A stretch of DNA of 43,654 nt, the filler included, from Jimgerdemannia flammicorona (taxonomy: Eukaryota), in NCBI GenBank assembly GCA_003990765.1. It is 2 parts of 2 records of this genome, joined end to end, with 100 filler letters (N's around TTAATTAATTAA, not from the genome) between each part and the next. Parts side by side here need not be neighbours in the genome. Positions count along the whole stretch, not along the records: positions 1 to 21,778 come from RBNJ01001396.1; 1 more part is not named here. One strand, 5' to 3'. Shown piece after piece: positions 1 to 12,535 of the stretch. Each line of letters starts with the position of its first letter. Positions within the stretch are counted from its first letter, which is position 1. Below the pieces are notes generated by a model that saw only the letters and a list, made by a program, of their open reading frames with translations, was not told where the DNA came from and did not search any database. Both the position numbers and the translations under genes were made by a program.

Positions 1-1403
1 GCAATCATGAGTTGTTTGAGTCCAGGGGCTGCAGGATGGGCTCCATATCCTGGGGCATTGTTTGCTGCATTCTGAGCAACTACTGCAGGTCGGATATCCC
101 ATGTGAGGGGTTTTTCAGGAAGGGTTCACTACCATTCTTCAGCAGGTCCTCAGAAGAATGTAACAACTCAGCGAACATAGGCTATAGTGGTAGCAAAGAG
201 TTGTTCCAGGGTGTAGTCTTAATTGTTTGTCAGAACACGGTCAGCAACTCGCTCATTAGTCCATTGATTGGCTTTGAAGTTGGTATCAACTACACTAATG
301 AAGCTTTGGACTTCTTGTGCAGTGCCATTGAAGGTAGGTAGGCTCAGATTTTTGGTAGATCGGGTCTGTTCAGCTAAGGCAGTGATAGTTGTTACCATTA
401 TAGCTACTTGGGCTGTGAGATCAAGAATCTGTTGGTTCACCATGTTGATTGCTGGAGGTGGTTAGACTGCTGGTAGTGGTGTTACTGGTACTACTTGAGG
501 TACTGGTGCAGAGTGTGATGGGGTTCTTTGGGTCTGTGTAAGTTACTGGAGTAGTAGTTGTGGATCTGGAGTGAGGGCTTGATAGATAACTGTTTGTTAT
601 TGTGTAAGTGTATTCTGTCCTGATGGGAGTGCATCTCCTTCAGTGGTGTATCTAGATTGAATTCGGTGAGATACTCCTCCTCTTTTTCGGTTTGGTCCCC
701 GTGTAATTGGGTTTGCTCAGTATCAAAGTAGACAGAATCAGTTATATATCTGATTTCAGATGGACTTAATTCAAAGTCAAGTTCAGGTTCAGTAATGGTT
801 TCAGATTCAGGTAGGGCTGTAGCATGGCCTGCTTCAGGTTTGGGGTCAGGTAGTTGATGAAGGGTTTCTCTTGCTTCTTCTTTAAGAATATGGCAGGCCT
901 TGCTGTTCTGGAATCAGTAGTATAAGGCAGTCTTGGTCCTGGTGTGGTGAAAGTTGGTAGAGTTGAGCCACTTGGCTACAGAGGCTTGGGCTTCGTGAGG
1001 AACTAAGGCTAGAAAGACTGCTGCTGGTTGTCCTAGGTCGCTCAGATTTATGGAGCTGACAAAACTCTCATTGAGAAGAGTAAAGAAGGCTTCAATAAGA
1101 CCTTCTTTGTCTTGACTTGCTGGGTGTAGTGCAAGGAGTTTGGTGAATAGAGTTTCACCTATTTGCTGGTTTAACTTGAGTACTTCTTTCTTTGAATGAA
1201 GTTTATCTCACTTGTTGCAGGTGTGGAGGTCAAATTGTCCTTATATGTCAGGTTCAATTCTCTCCAGATTGTCAGATTATTCAGATAAATTCCAGTTCAG
1301 AGATTGGGCTTTATACCAACTTGTAGGAATTTGCAGAAGGGTTTGTAGCAGAGTAAGGAAGCATCTTGAAGCAGAATTGGATTGTAAACTGCTGCTACCA
1401 AGT
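1..1403 (-). mobile_element. Ty3/Gypsy family A, 5' internal region of copy A1 (PBS, upstream ORF, gag N-terminus); continues beyond the window start
   Basis: Follows LTR 1404-3475 and a PBS on the minus strand. Gag-like ORF from 443 (MVNQQILDLTAQVA...LPTFNGTAQEVQSFISVVDTNFKANQW). Near-identical to 12070-12306 + 18846-19671 and to 29105-29920. Confidence 0.85.
1389..1400 (-). promoter_or_regulatory. Primer-binding site TGGTAGCAGCAG (probably initiator tRNA-Met primed)
   Basis: Lies 3 nt inside the LTR end (cttaca-act-TGGTAGCAG). Complementary to a tRNA 3' end ...CUGCUACCA. Confidence 0.75.
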
Positions 1404-3475
1404 TGTAAGAGGGTTGCTTTTTAAGGTAACCTTTATGTAGTTCTGGAAGGATTTTCTGGAAGTTCTGGATATTCTGGAAGACTGTTTTCTTATGGTCAAG
1501 ATCAATTTCATATGGAGTACATCCTCTATGCTTATCGATTTCAAGATTGGGTTGATGTCTCAACCAAAGTCCTTTTTTGGACTAGTTCTGGATGTTCAGG
1601 ATTTTCTGTATTTCAGAAAGTTCAAGAAACTAAGACCAGCTTAGTTGAATTGGTGTATCACTGCAGACAATACCCAATTAGGAAATTTCGTGATGGGGTT
1701 AGGAGTAGGACCTAACAAGGAGCAGATTTACTTAAGAGTGGTTTGTGGGTTATGGAATAGGTTTATTTGCTATTCATGATATTGCTATACTAGGAGTAGT
1801 TGTGTGAAGGGATATTGTGGAGAAGTATTCAGGAATGTTCTTGTATGTTCGAGTCTGAGATTCTGAGGTCTGGGGGAGGGGGTATTTATACTAGTGAGGG
1901 GCTATCTGAACTATGCTGAATATGGATGTAGCACTAAGTGCTTTGCTGAGTCGGAATGCAGTCACATAGTACAAGTATGATCTGGCATATCAAGAGATCG
2001 TCTGACTGCTGAGTCAGTTCACAGTCACGTCATACAAAGCTAATCTAACTATACTATGACTGCTAGGCTATTTATGGGTTTAGGTGCTGTCTGGGTAGTC
2101 TTCGATGACATCACCATCAATGACATCATCTCTGATAAAGTAGTCGTCTAGGAAGAGTGGTTCGCAGATTACTTCTCCTTGTTCGCTGAGGTAGTAATAC
2201 ATTGGGACTTCGTCTCCATCCCACAGGATAGCATCATCTGTCTCGTAGGCTGGATAAGGTATTGGTGGGCGAAGGATGGGTATATTGTCTTTGCTTTCAT
2301 CAGATTCACTGTCTACATACCTTCTATAGGTTACAGTAATATAAGTTGCAGGATTGTAGTAAGCTGGCGGCTGTAGTTCATGTCACTTGTACTCAGGTGG
2401 TGGAGTGGTTGGTTCAATCTTGAGGGTTGTCTGGAGGTACAGGTTGTGTTCTCTGGTCTCCTCATTGTAGTTGAAGTAGTCAGGGGTGAATGCAGGTTGG
2501 TATTTGTGCCAGTGGTCATTGTCCCAATAAGTCTCATATGTAGTTATGAACTGTTGCAAGTTCATCAGTAAGTTTGGTAGTGTGATCAGGGTTGGCAGAG
2601 ATTCTTGGCTAGAGGTCATGTCAGCATCAGAGGGATCATTGTCTTCTGCTTCACTTTGTCGAAGTGGATTATATTGTAGATGTCCTTCATGGTGTATCCG
2701 ACTTGAGGCATTTGCAGAATATGGTCATCAGGGTGTGGGAAGGTTCTGTCTGTAGTTTCGACATACTCGAGATACTTGTGGTTGAGTTCTTGTATCATGT
2801 CATTGATTTGGCCATAGGACAGGGTAGTAACCATTTTGCTGGTAGTGACTCGGAGGTAGAGAATAAAGGTATTGTACTCATAGAAGAGTTCTCGATGTTT
2901 GTGGGCAATGAGCTTCTGGTGTTGAGACATCTGGGTAATGTCTGGGTAATGTCTGTATCATGGTGGTATTCGACCATATCTTCCAGGAGGCGGCCAATCT
3001 GGTAGTAGCTTGATATTTGTCCGATTCGGTGGGCCTTACTAAGCATGTTCAGGGCATTCCATTGGACTTCCATGAAGTAGAGGGGTGCCAGGCTATGGAT
3101 ATTCATGAGGGGCAGAGGGGGTGTGGCTCAGTTGACAATGGCATTCCAAATGTCAGTGCGGACATGGTTGTAGATCTCAGTGGTCATGTTTGTGTATTTG
3201 GAAGTTGTAGTTGTTGTTTGTTTTGGTTTTCTGATTCAATGTGTCTCGGTGCTTGGTATATATGCATTTAGTCCTGATTGGTAAGATTCTGTTTATGTAA
3301 ATCTTATGTTCCATGACTTCGTATTGACTCAGCTTTGTGCACTGTAACTTCGGTTTGACTCAGCTTCATAATCAAGCAGGTGATTTCCAGATTTGTTTGG
3401 AGGTCGCGTGTAGTTTTGGTGGCTTGTTCAGAGGGTGACATATAATTTCGGTGGCTTGGAGGTTGTGTGCTTATA
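1404..3475 (-). repeat. Family A LTR (5' LTR of copy A1, ~2.07 kb), inserted into another family A LTR
   Basis: Termini tgtaag...cttata (mutated cttaca). Homologous over its length to 4908-6955. The sequence right of 3475 resumes in the middle of another LTR-A copy. Confidence 0.85.
2080..3187 (-). pseudogene. Degenerate ~370-codon ORF of unknown function in U3 of the family A LTR
   Basis: ORF-track fragments 2795-3106, 2616-2930 and 2383-2619 join via small frameshifts (MTTEIYNH...MSQHQKLIAHKHRELFYEYN...YETYWDNDHWHKYQPAFTPDYFNY...DDVIDGDVIED). The N-terminal part is open in the young copy 22825-23346. Confidence 0.6.
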
Positions 3476-4907
3476 TTTGATCTCAAGGATTGTCTGAAGG
3501 TACAAATTATATTCTCCAGTCTCTTCATTGTAGTTGAAGTAATTGGGAGTGAATGCAGATTGGTACTCATACCAGTGGTCATTGTCCCATTAGGTCTTAT
3601 AGGTGGTTATGAACTGTTGTAAGTTCATCAGTAAAGTTGGTGGGATAATTAGGGTTGGTAGGGATCTTTGGCTTGAGATTATGTCAGCATCAGAGGGATT
3701 GTTGTCTTCTGCTTCATTATTGTCAAATTGAATTATGTCATAGATATTCTTCATGGTATATCTAACTTGGAACATTTGCAGGATGTAGTCATCAGGGTGT
3801 AGGAAGGTTCTGTCTATAGTCTGAACATACTCAATGTACTTGTGGTTGAGTTTTTGTATCATATCATCAATTTGGCTATAGGATAGAGTGGCAATAATAT
3901 TGACAGTAGTAACTCAGAGGCAGGGAATAATAGTGCTATACTCATAAAAGAGTTCTCAGTATTTGCAGATAATAAGCTTCTAGTATTGAGATATCTGAAT
4001 AATGTCTGTATCATACTATATCTTCTAGAAGGCAGCCAATCTGGTAGTAGCTTGAGATTTGTCTGATTCAGTGGGCCTTGTTAAGTATATTCAAAGTATT
4101 CCATCAGGTTTCCATAAAGTAGAGGGGTACTAGACTATAGATATTTATGAGGGGCAGAGGGAGTGTGGCTCAGTTGATAATGATATTCCAAATATCAGTA
4201 TGGATCTGGTTGTAGATCTTGATGGTCATGTTTATATATATATTCAGAAGTTGGGATTGTTTGTTTGGTTTGTTGTAGTTCTCTATTTTGATACATCTTA
4301 ATGCTCAGTATATATGCATTTGGTCCTGATTAGTAAAATTTTATTTGTATAAATCTTGTATTCTGTGACTTCAAGTTGGCTCAGCTTTGTATACTATGAC
4401 TTTGGTTTGACTCAGCTTCATGATCTTGCAGGTGATTTTCAGATTTGTTTAGAAGTTACATGTGATTTCAGTGACTTGTTCAGAGGGTGATATATAATTT
4501 CAGTAGCTTAGAGGTTATATACTTACAATTCTCTCCTTCTTAGCTTTTGATATCCTCATTGAGGCCTTCTAGTATTGTTACACTATTTGGATGGTCAAAA
4601 GTCCAGTAAGGTTCATTTTTTCAGAAAGTAGCATACTTATAGTACAGTTGCCTAACATATTAGATTTACATATTAAAGAGTTATGTATTTGATACTATAT
4701 ACTAGAAGTAATTCTGACATCATTCACTACTGAAGAATTTCCTCTAAAGAATCTTCTTAAATGTCTATACCTTATTTTCCATCAGTAGTATGGAGAGAAT
4801 AGGCTTGCTTTCAGTTTTGTTATTTTCCAGAGAGTTGGTATTCTTTTATATATTTGATCTTGATTAATAAGACTCTGTTTTTGTAAATCTTATATTCTGT
4901 GACTTTG
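3476..4907 (-). mobile_element. Family A copy A2 remnant: partial 3' LTR (3476-4527), PPT, 3' internal region (to ~4846) and a short LTR fragment (~4847-4907)
   Basis: cttaca terminus at 4527 followed by attctctccttcttagc (PPT complement). 4528-4846 matches 6956-7290. 4847-4907 matches the LTR interior at ~3258-3320. Confidence 0.75.
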
Positions 4908-6955
4908 TATAAGAGAATTGCTTTTTAGGATAACTGTTACATAGTTCTGAAAGGGTTTTCTGAAAGTTCTGGATATTCTGAAAGACTGTTTTCTTATGGT
5001 CAAGATCAATTTTATATAGAGTACATCCTCTATGCTTATTGATTTCTAGATTAGGTTGATGTCTCAATCAAAGTCCTTTTTCAGACTAGTTCTGGATATT
5101 CAGGATTTTCCATATTTCAGGAAGTTCAAGAAACTAAGACCAGCTTAGTTGAATTGGTGTATCACTGCAGACAATACCCAATTAGGAAATTTTGTAATAG
5201 GGTTAGGAGTGGGACCTAACAGGGAGCAGATTTACTTAAGAGTGGTTTATAGATTATTAAATAGGTTTATTTGCTATTCATGATATTGCTATACTAGAAA
5301 TAGTTATGTGAAGGGATATTGTAGGAAAGTGCTCAGAAGTTGTGTTCAGATTGTTCAAGTGTTTAAGTCTATTCAAGTCTGAGATTCTGAGGTATAGGGA
5401 AAGGGGGTATTTATACTAGTGAGGGGCTATCTAAGCTATGCTAGATATGGATGTAGTACTAAGTGCCTTGCTGAGTTGGAATGCAGTCATATAGTATAAG
5501 TGTGATCTGATATATCAAGAGATCATCTGACTGCTGAGTCAGTTCACAGTCATGTTATATAAGACTAATCTAACTATACTATGATAGCTAAGCTATTTAT
5601 AAATTTAGATACTGTCTAGGTAGTCTTTGATGATATCACTATCGATTGTATTATCTCTAATGAAGTAGTCATCTAGAAAGAGTTGTTCATGGATTAATTC
5701 TCCTTATTCATTGAGGTAGTAATATATTGGGACTTTATTACTATCTTATAGGATAGCATTGTCTGTCTCATATACTGGATATAGAGTTAGTGGGTGAAGG
5801 AGTGGTGCATTGTCTTCACTTTTGTCAGATTCACTATCTACATATCTTCTATAAGTTATAGCACTATAAGTCACAGAGTTGTAGTAAGCTGGCAGCTGTA
5901 GTTCATATCATTCATATTTGAGTGGAGTAGTTGGTTCAATCTCAAGAGTTGTCTGAAGGTACAGATTGTGTTCTCTGGTCTCTTTATTATAGTTGAAGTA
6001 ATCAGGGGTGAATGCAGGTTGGTATTTATGCCAGTGGTCATTGTCCCAATAGGTCTCATAGGTGGTTATGAACTATTGTAAGTTCATCAGCAGTATTAGC
6101 AGAATGATCAGGGTTGGCAGAGATCCTTGACTTGAGGTCATATCGGTGTCAGAGAGATCATTGTCTTCTGCTTCATCTTCATCAAATCAGATTATATCAT
6201 AGATATTCTTTATCATATATCCAACTTGAGGCATTTGCAGAATAAGATCATCAGAGTGTGGGAAGGTTCTGTCTGTGGTCTGGACATACTCAAGATACTT
6301 GTAGTTGAGTTCTTATATCATATCATCGATTTAGCTGTAGGACAGGGTAGTAACCATTTCACTGGTAGTAACTTGGAGACAGGAAATAATGGTACTATAT
6401 TTATAAAAGAATTCTCAGTATTTGCAGGTGATAAGTTTCTAGTGTTGGGACATCTGGGTAATGTCTGTATTGTGGTATTCAACCATGTCTTCTAGAAGGT
6501 AGCTGATCTGATAGTAGCTTGAGATTTGTCCAATTCAGTGGGTCTCACTAAGTATATTTAGGGCATTCCATTGGGCTTCCATGAAGTAGAGGGGTGCTAG
6601 GCTATAGATATTTATGAGGGGCAGAGGGGGTGTGGCTTGGTTGACAATGGCATTCCAAATGTCAGTGTGGATGTAGTTATAGATCTCAGTAGTCATGTTT
6701 GTATATATTCAGAAGTTATAGTTATTATTTGTTTTGGTTTTCTGTTTCAACATATCTTGGTAGTTAGTATATATGCATTTGGTCCTGATTGGTAAGATTC
6801 TATTTATATAATTCTTATGTTCTGTGACTTCATGTTGACTCAGCTTTGTGATCATACAGGTGATTTCCAGATTTGTTCAGAGGTCACATGTAATTTCAGT
6901 GACTTGTTCAGAGGGTGATGTGTGGTTCTAGTGGCTTGGAGGTTGTGTGCTTACA
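4908..6955 (-). repeat. Family A LTR (3' LTR of the large element extending to the right)
   Basis: tataag (mutated tgtaag)...cttaca termini. Preceded on the minus strand by the polypurine tract aagaaggggagag at ~6957-6969. Confidence 0.85.
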
Positions 6956-7386
6956 ACTCTCCCCTTCTTAGCTTTCAATGTCCTCATCGGGGCCTTCTAA
7001 TTTGTTCTAGTATTGTTATACTATTTGGAATATCAAAAGTCTAGTAAGGTCCATTTTTCTCAGAAAGTGGTATGCTCATAGTATAGTTGCCTAATGCATT
7101 GAATTCATATGTTAAAGAGTAATATATTCAATGCTATGTACCAGAAGTGATTCTGATGTCATTTATTACTGAAGAATTTCCTCTAAGGAATCTTTTTAAA
7201 TATCTATGTCTTGTTTTCCACCAGTGGTATAGAGAGAATAGGCTTGCTTTCAGTTTTGCTATTTTTTTTTTTTTAGAGGGTCAGTATTCTTTATTTTGTC
7301 TTGCTGAGTTCTTGATTTTGTTCATGATAATTATAATGTTTGGAAGGATAATATATAGTATGTACTGATAGATGCAGAATATTCAG

Positions 7387-10300
7387 TTAGTTGTTCAAGG
7401 AATCATATTCCTAAACTAAGTCAGTAGCATTCTGGAGATTAGTCTTGGGTTCCTAGGTTGCATTGTGGATTGGATAACCTTTTTATTTGACAAGATACTC
7501 AGGGTGATTCTTGTGGCCATGTTTGTTGAGGATTTGTTCAACTTTGTATTCTTCTTGATCATTAATAATGATAGGTACAGGTGGTTCAGTGGTCTGGTTT
7601 GGAAATAGCTCATCATTATTTTCATTGTATTACTTGAGATTTTAGACATTAAAGACTGGGTGGACCTTAATGGTATCTAGTAGTACTAATTTATAGGAGG
7701 TCAGAGAGACTTGTGCAATAACTTCAAATAGTCCAATGAACTTACTGTTCAGCTTTGTAGATAGTCTGTACTTGAGGTTGTCAACTTAGTATCCTCGGAT
7801 GTCCAGTAGAACTTTTTCTCCAATATCAAAGGTTTCTTCTTGGCAGTATTGGTTAACATACTATAACTGTTGTTCTTGAGCTTGTAATAAATTCTCAATT
7901 GCGATCTGGCTTAGATTACACATTCAGAGCAGGAATTCTTCAACAGCTTTGACTGTAGAGGGTTCATCAGTAGTTCAGATAAGTGTCAGAGGGGTGTTTG
8001 GGTTTTGTCCAGTGTTGGTGAAGAATGGGGTCATTTCAAGAAAGGCTTGCTTACTATTGTTATAGGCAAACTCAACTGTAGTGAAGTATTCATATCAGTC
8101 ATCTTGTCTATAGGAAACATAGTTCCTTAGCATTTGTTCTAGAGTTCGGTTCATTCTTTCAATTTGGCCATCAGTTTCAGGGTGAAAGACTGTAGATAGT
8201 GTGAGTTTCATTCTAAGGTATGTATAGAGGGCTTTCCAAAAATGGCTGGTAAATTTCAGGTCTCAGTCACTAATAATGATTTTAGGAAGACCATGATAGT
8301 AGAAGATATTGTCTAACAAGAGTGTGACTATGTCTGGTGCTATTGCGGTAGTAGTAGTTAGTATGAAGTGAGCTTATTTACTGAGATAATTTATAAAGAC
8401 AACAATTGCATTTTTCCCATTCTTGGTTCAGGGTAGTTATATAATGAAGTCTATAGAGATTTGTTCCCAATTAGCAGATAGTACTGGAATAGGGTGGAGT
8501 AGACCAGGTTTTGCAAGTATTGAGGACTTGTTCTATTGGCAGGCATCATAGGAAGTAATGTAGATCTTTAGCTGATCTGCCATACAGGGCCAATAGAAGT
8601 TTCAGGAGATAACTTCATAGTATTTGTCAAATCCTAAATGTCCAGCTGTAGGGGCATCATAATATTCAAATAGGATAGTCCTCTGGAGGTCTCAGTTGTT
8701 TGGGACATATAGTCTGTCCTTATAGTAGATAACATTATCCTTGAGTTGGTAATGGTACTGAGTATACTTGTCAGCATCATCACTATTCAGAATTTCTCAG
8801 AGTGTTTGAGCTTCTTATCATCAGCATATGCTGTAATGATTTGTTCTATGATAGAGTTTGTAACCAGAGTGAGTGTTTGGATAACTTTGTCAATCAGTGG
8901 TCTTGAGATTGCATCAGCAACAATATTTTCCTTACTAGAGTGATACTGGATTTCATAGTTAAAGTTGGTGAGGACTTTTATCTATCTGGCTTGCTTTCAG
9001 GAAAGAGTAGCCTGGGTCTTGATATTGACTAATAACTTGTGGTCAGTCAATACAGTGAAGTATGCTCCTTCTAGGTATAGTCACCACTTAATCAGAGTGT
9101 CTATGATGGCTAACATTTCCTTCTCATGGATTACATAGTTGATTTCAGTATCATTGAACTTGCAGGAGTAATAGGTGACTGGGTGTCCTTCTTGTATGAG
9201 TACTTCTCTAAGAGCTAGGTCAGAGGCATTAGTAGTGACTTCATATGGTAGAGCAGGATTTGCCACTTGAAGTACTGGAGTGGTTATCAAGGTATCTTTC
9301 AATACTTGAAAGGCTGTATCTTGTTTGGCTCCCCAATTTACAAGATTGTTGAAGTTTTTTTTTTGTTTTGTGGTCCAGGACTGTTCTTCTTTCTTGCTGT
9401 ACTTGGTTATTTAGATGAGAGCAGTGGCAATTTTGGCAAAGTTGGCAACAAATCACCTGTAATATATAGTTTGCTAATTTCAGGAATAACTAGAGGTCTT
9501 TCAGCCTTTTGGGTCTAGGCCAATCTTTGATTGTAGAGATTTTGCTGAGATCTACTTTGATTCCATTTGGTGTGATAATGTGTCTAAGGAATTGAATTTC
9601 TTTCAAGAGAAATTCACACTTGCTGAGTTTTGCAAAGAGTTGGTTTTCTCGAAGTTTCAGTAGTACTAGTTCAAGATGTTCAAGGTGTTCCTCCAGGGTT
9701 TTGCTGAAGACTAGGATGTCATCAATGTAGACAATAATGAATATATCTAGGTATGGGTGCAGAATGATATTCATCAGTATCTGAAAGATTGCAGGAGTAT
9801 TAGTTAAGCCAAAAGGCATAACCAGGAACTCGAAGTATCCATAGCAAGTTTAGAAGGCTGTCTTATAGATGTCTTCTTCTTTCATAGCAATTTGCCAGTA
9901 ACCATTTTATAGATCAAAAGAGCTCATGAATTGCAAGTTGGTGAGTCTATTGAATATTTTATTGATTCTGGGTAGTGGACAACAGTTCTTGATGGTCTAT
10001 TCATTGAGGTCTCAGTAATCAATACATATTTGTAGGTCTTCTCCTTTCTTTATAATGAAGAGGACTGATACACTATAGGGTGATATACTGGGTCTGATGA
10101 AGCCTTGTTCTAGGAGCTTATCAATTTCCTTCTTGAGTATATCAATTTCTCTCAAAGATATATGGTAGATTGACTTGAAGGCTGGCTTGGCATCTGGAAT
10201 GGTCTTGATGGTATGGTCTACTGCTCATTTAGGAGGTAGGCCTTTTGGGAGTTTCTTTGGGAATATGTCTTGAAATTTCTGAAGTAGGGGTCTGACATGG

Positions 10301-10860
10301 CTGTCAACTTTGGAAAAGTCTTCTTCAGCATTCTGGAGTTCTCTTTTGGAAGAGCAGATGGAGATAGCAAAGAGAGAGCATTTTTTGGCTAATTTTTTGA
10401 GTTATAACTTATTGATGTAGGTGATCTTTGGTCCAGAGTCACTAAAACTGAGTAGGTCCCTTTCACCTTAAAGTTTGAAGTTGTGGTATCCTTTCTTGAT
10501 GGTCAGAGAATAGTTTACTCAATCAATCATAGAGTTCTCTTATTTCAACCATGGGGTTCCAAGAATGATCTCATTATCAGGAAGTGGTACAATCTGAAGG
10601 GTAATATATACTTAGTAGTCACCAATTCAGAAGGGCAGATTGCGGACTTCTTTATTAATAACATGTGAGGTTCTATCAGCTATAGCAACTGCTTGAGTTT
10701 GTTATACTGGAGAGATGAAGATCTTGAGTCTGTTGGCTGTTTCTTTATTGATGAAGTTGCCTGAGACACTGCTGTCTATCATAATCTTAACAGGTGCTCA
10801 ATTGACAAAAGCTTGAAGTGTAAGCAGTTTGTCTGATCCAATGGTGGTGATTTTGGTTGT
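7387..10860 (-). pseudogene. pol: pol (aspartic protease, RT, RNase H, integrase, chromodomain), many stops and frameshifts
   Basis: Protease MIDSSVSGNFI...ILGTPWLK; RT MPFGLTNTPAIFQ...VYIDDILVFS; RNase H EVTTNASDLAL...EKEMLAII; integrase region with [19 protein letters not shown]; chromodomain EYKVEQIL...EYLVK*KGYP...AT*EP..NL. Stop at 7387-7389. Confidence 0.9.
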
Positions 10861-11044
10861 AGGAGTTTTCCTTCTATTGGTTCTTCTTTGAGCCAGTTCA
10901 TTGATACAAGAGAAGCAATCATCAATCATTCAGAAAGAGTATATCCCAATACTATAGGAATATCAGCCACTCAGTATATATCTATCTTTGATCTTCTTAT
11001 AGAATTATTCTTCTTTATTTATGGTAGGTTGGGCTAGGGCCTTG

Positions 11045-11455
11045 CTTGATGAGCCAAATTCTTTGGATCCTCGAATGGTAGGTAGTAGTTCAGAGACTTC
11101 CTTGACTGTCAGAGTTGACTCGATTTTTTCAAATAGGATCAGAAACCAATGGGGATCTTGAAGAGTATCCAACTGTGGTTTCAGATAAGGACAATAATTT
11201 TGCCTGTATAATCTTCATCAATGACTCCTTCTTCTACTGAGAGTTCTTTTAATGCTAGGCTGCTGCAATAGCATATTCTTCTAACATATCCTTCAGGAAT
11301 TTGGATACTGATTCCTGTATAGACTTTCTTGACTTCTCAGTTAGAAACTATAGCTTCTTTGGCTATATACAGGTCATATCCAGCTGCCTTTTAACTTTCT
11401 TTGGTTGGGGCCTTGGCAGTTTGCCTTAACTTGATAAAGTCCAGTGTTCTGGTAG
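11045..11455 (-). pseudogene. dUTPase domain between gag and protease
   Basis: Translation gives KAAGYDLY, TGISIQIPEGY, SSLALK, GVIDEDYTG and RGSKEFGSS, matching the five dUTPase motifs in order. Confidence 0.85.
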
Positions 11456-12395
11456 TCAGGTTATTGAGGTAGTGCAGAGTAGTAACAGTTACTCATGTTG
11501 CTGTTTGGGGTTTTCAGTTGGGGCAGACACTGGCTATATGTCCTGTCTTTTGGTAATAGAAGTAGGCTCCACTTCTTCAAAGTTCATTCCTTTCTCCTTC
11601 AGTGAGTTTCTTGAAGGTATGTACTTGGCTGGGTGGGTTCATAATTTCTGGGTATCCATGAGGTAGATGTAGAGGGAGCTCAGAATACTTTATGCTTGGG
11701 TTCTTCTTTCTTGATCTAAGTCTTTTTCTTGTTGTTGAATTGTCTTCAGGGCAGAATTGGTCTGGCTATTAGGATTTGCTTGACCATAGTCTTGATTCTT
11801 GCCAGATACCATTGTTGGTGATCACAACTGACTGGGCAGCCTTGTTCTTGGATTTTTCTAGTAAGTCATTCAGGTAGAGCATTGAATAAATGATCTGCTC
11901 TTGTACTATTTCATGCTTCATCATTGGCAATATATTCTAGACCAACAGTGTTCAGGAGTGACTTGAGTTTTATATAAAAGGTTTCAAATTCTTCCTTGCC
12001 ATGTATATTGAATTTGAGGTTGCAGAGTTTTACTCGAGATTCAGCAATCATGATTTTACTACAGTATTAGGCAATCATGAGTTGTTTGAGTCTAGAGGCT
12101 GCAGGATAGGCTCCATATCCTGGGGCATTATTTGCTGCATTCTGAGCAACTACTGTAGGTCAGGTGTCCCATGTGAGGGGTTTTTCAGAAAGGGTTCACC
12201 ACTATTCTTTAGCAGGTCCTCAGAAAAATATAACAACTCAGCAGACATAGGCTGTAGTTGTAGCAAAGAGTTGTTCCAGAGTGTGGTCTTGATTGTTTGT
12301 CAGAAGTAGTGCTCCAAATAAATGGAGTTGATCTGGATGAGATTTGATTCAAGTTCATCATATGATGGATTTGAATCAACTCAGATTAGTCTTGT

Positions 12396-12535
12396 GATCT
12401 GATCTGGATTGATCTGGATTGATCTGGATTGATCTGGATTGATCTGGATTGATCCATCTGGATTGATTCATCTGGATGATCCATCTGGATTGATCCATCC
12501 AGATGATCCATCTGGATTGACCCATCTGGATTGAA
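12396..12535. repeat. Subterminal tandem repeats (gatctggatt / gatccatctggat units)
   Basis: Directly visible 10-14 bp tandem units. Mirrored in copy 2 at ~37150-37245. Confidence 0.85.

Noticed and set aside
2080..3187. env-like gene for the LTR ORFs
   Set aside because: No signal peptide, transmembrane segment or furin-site/fusion-peptide pattern is visible. The ORF lies within U3 rather than between pol and the PPT.
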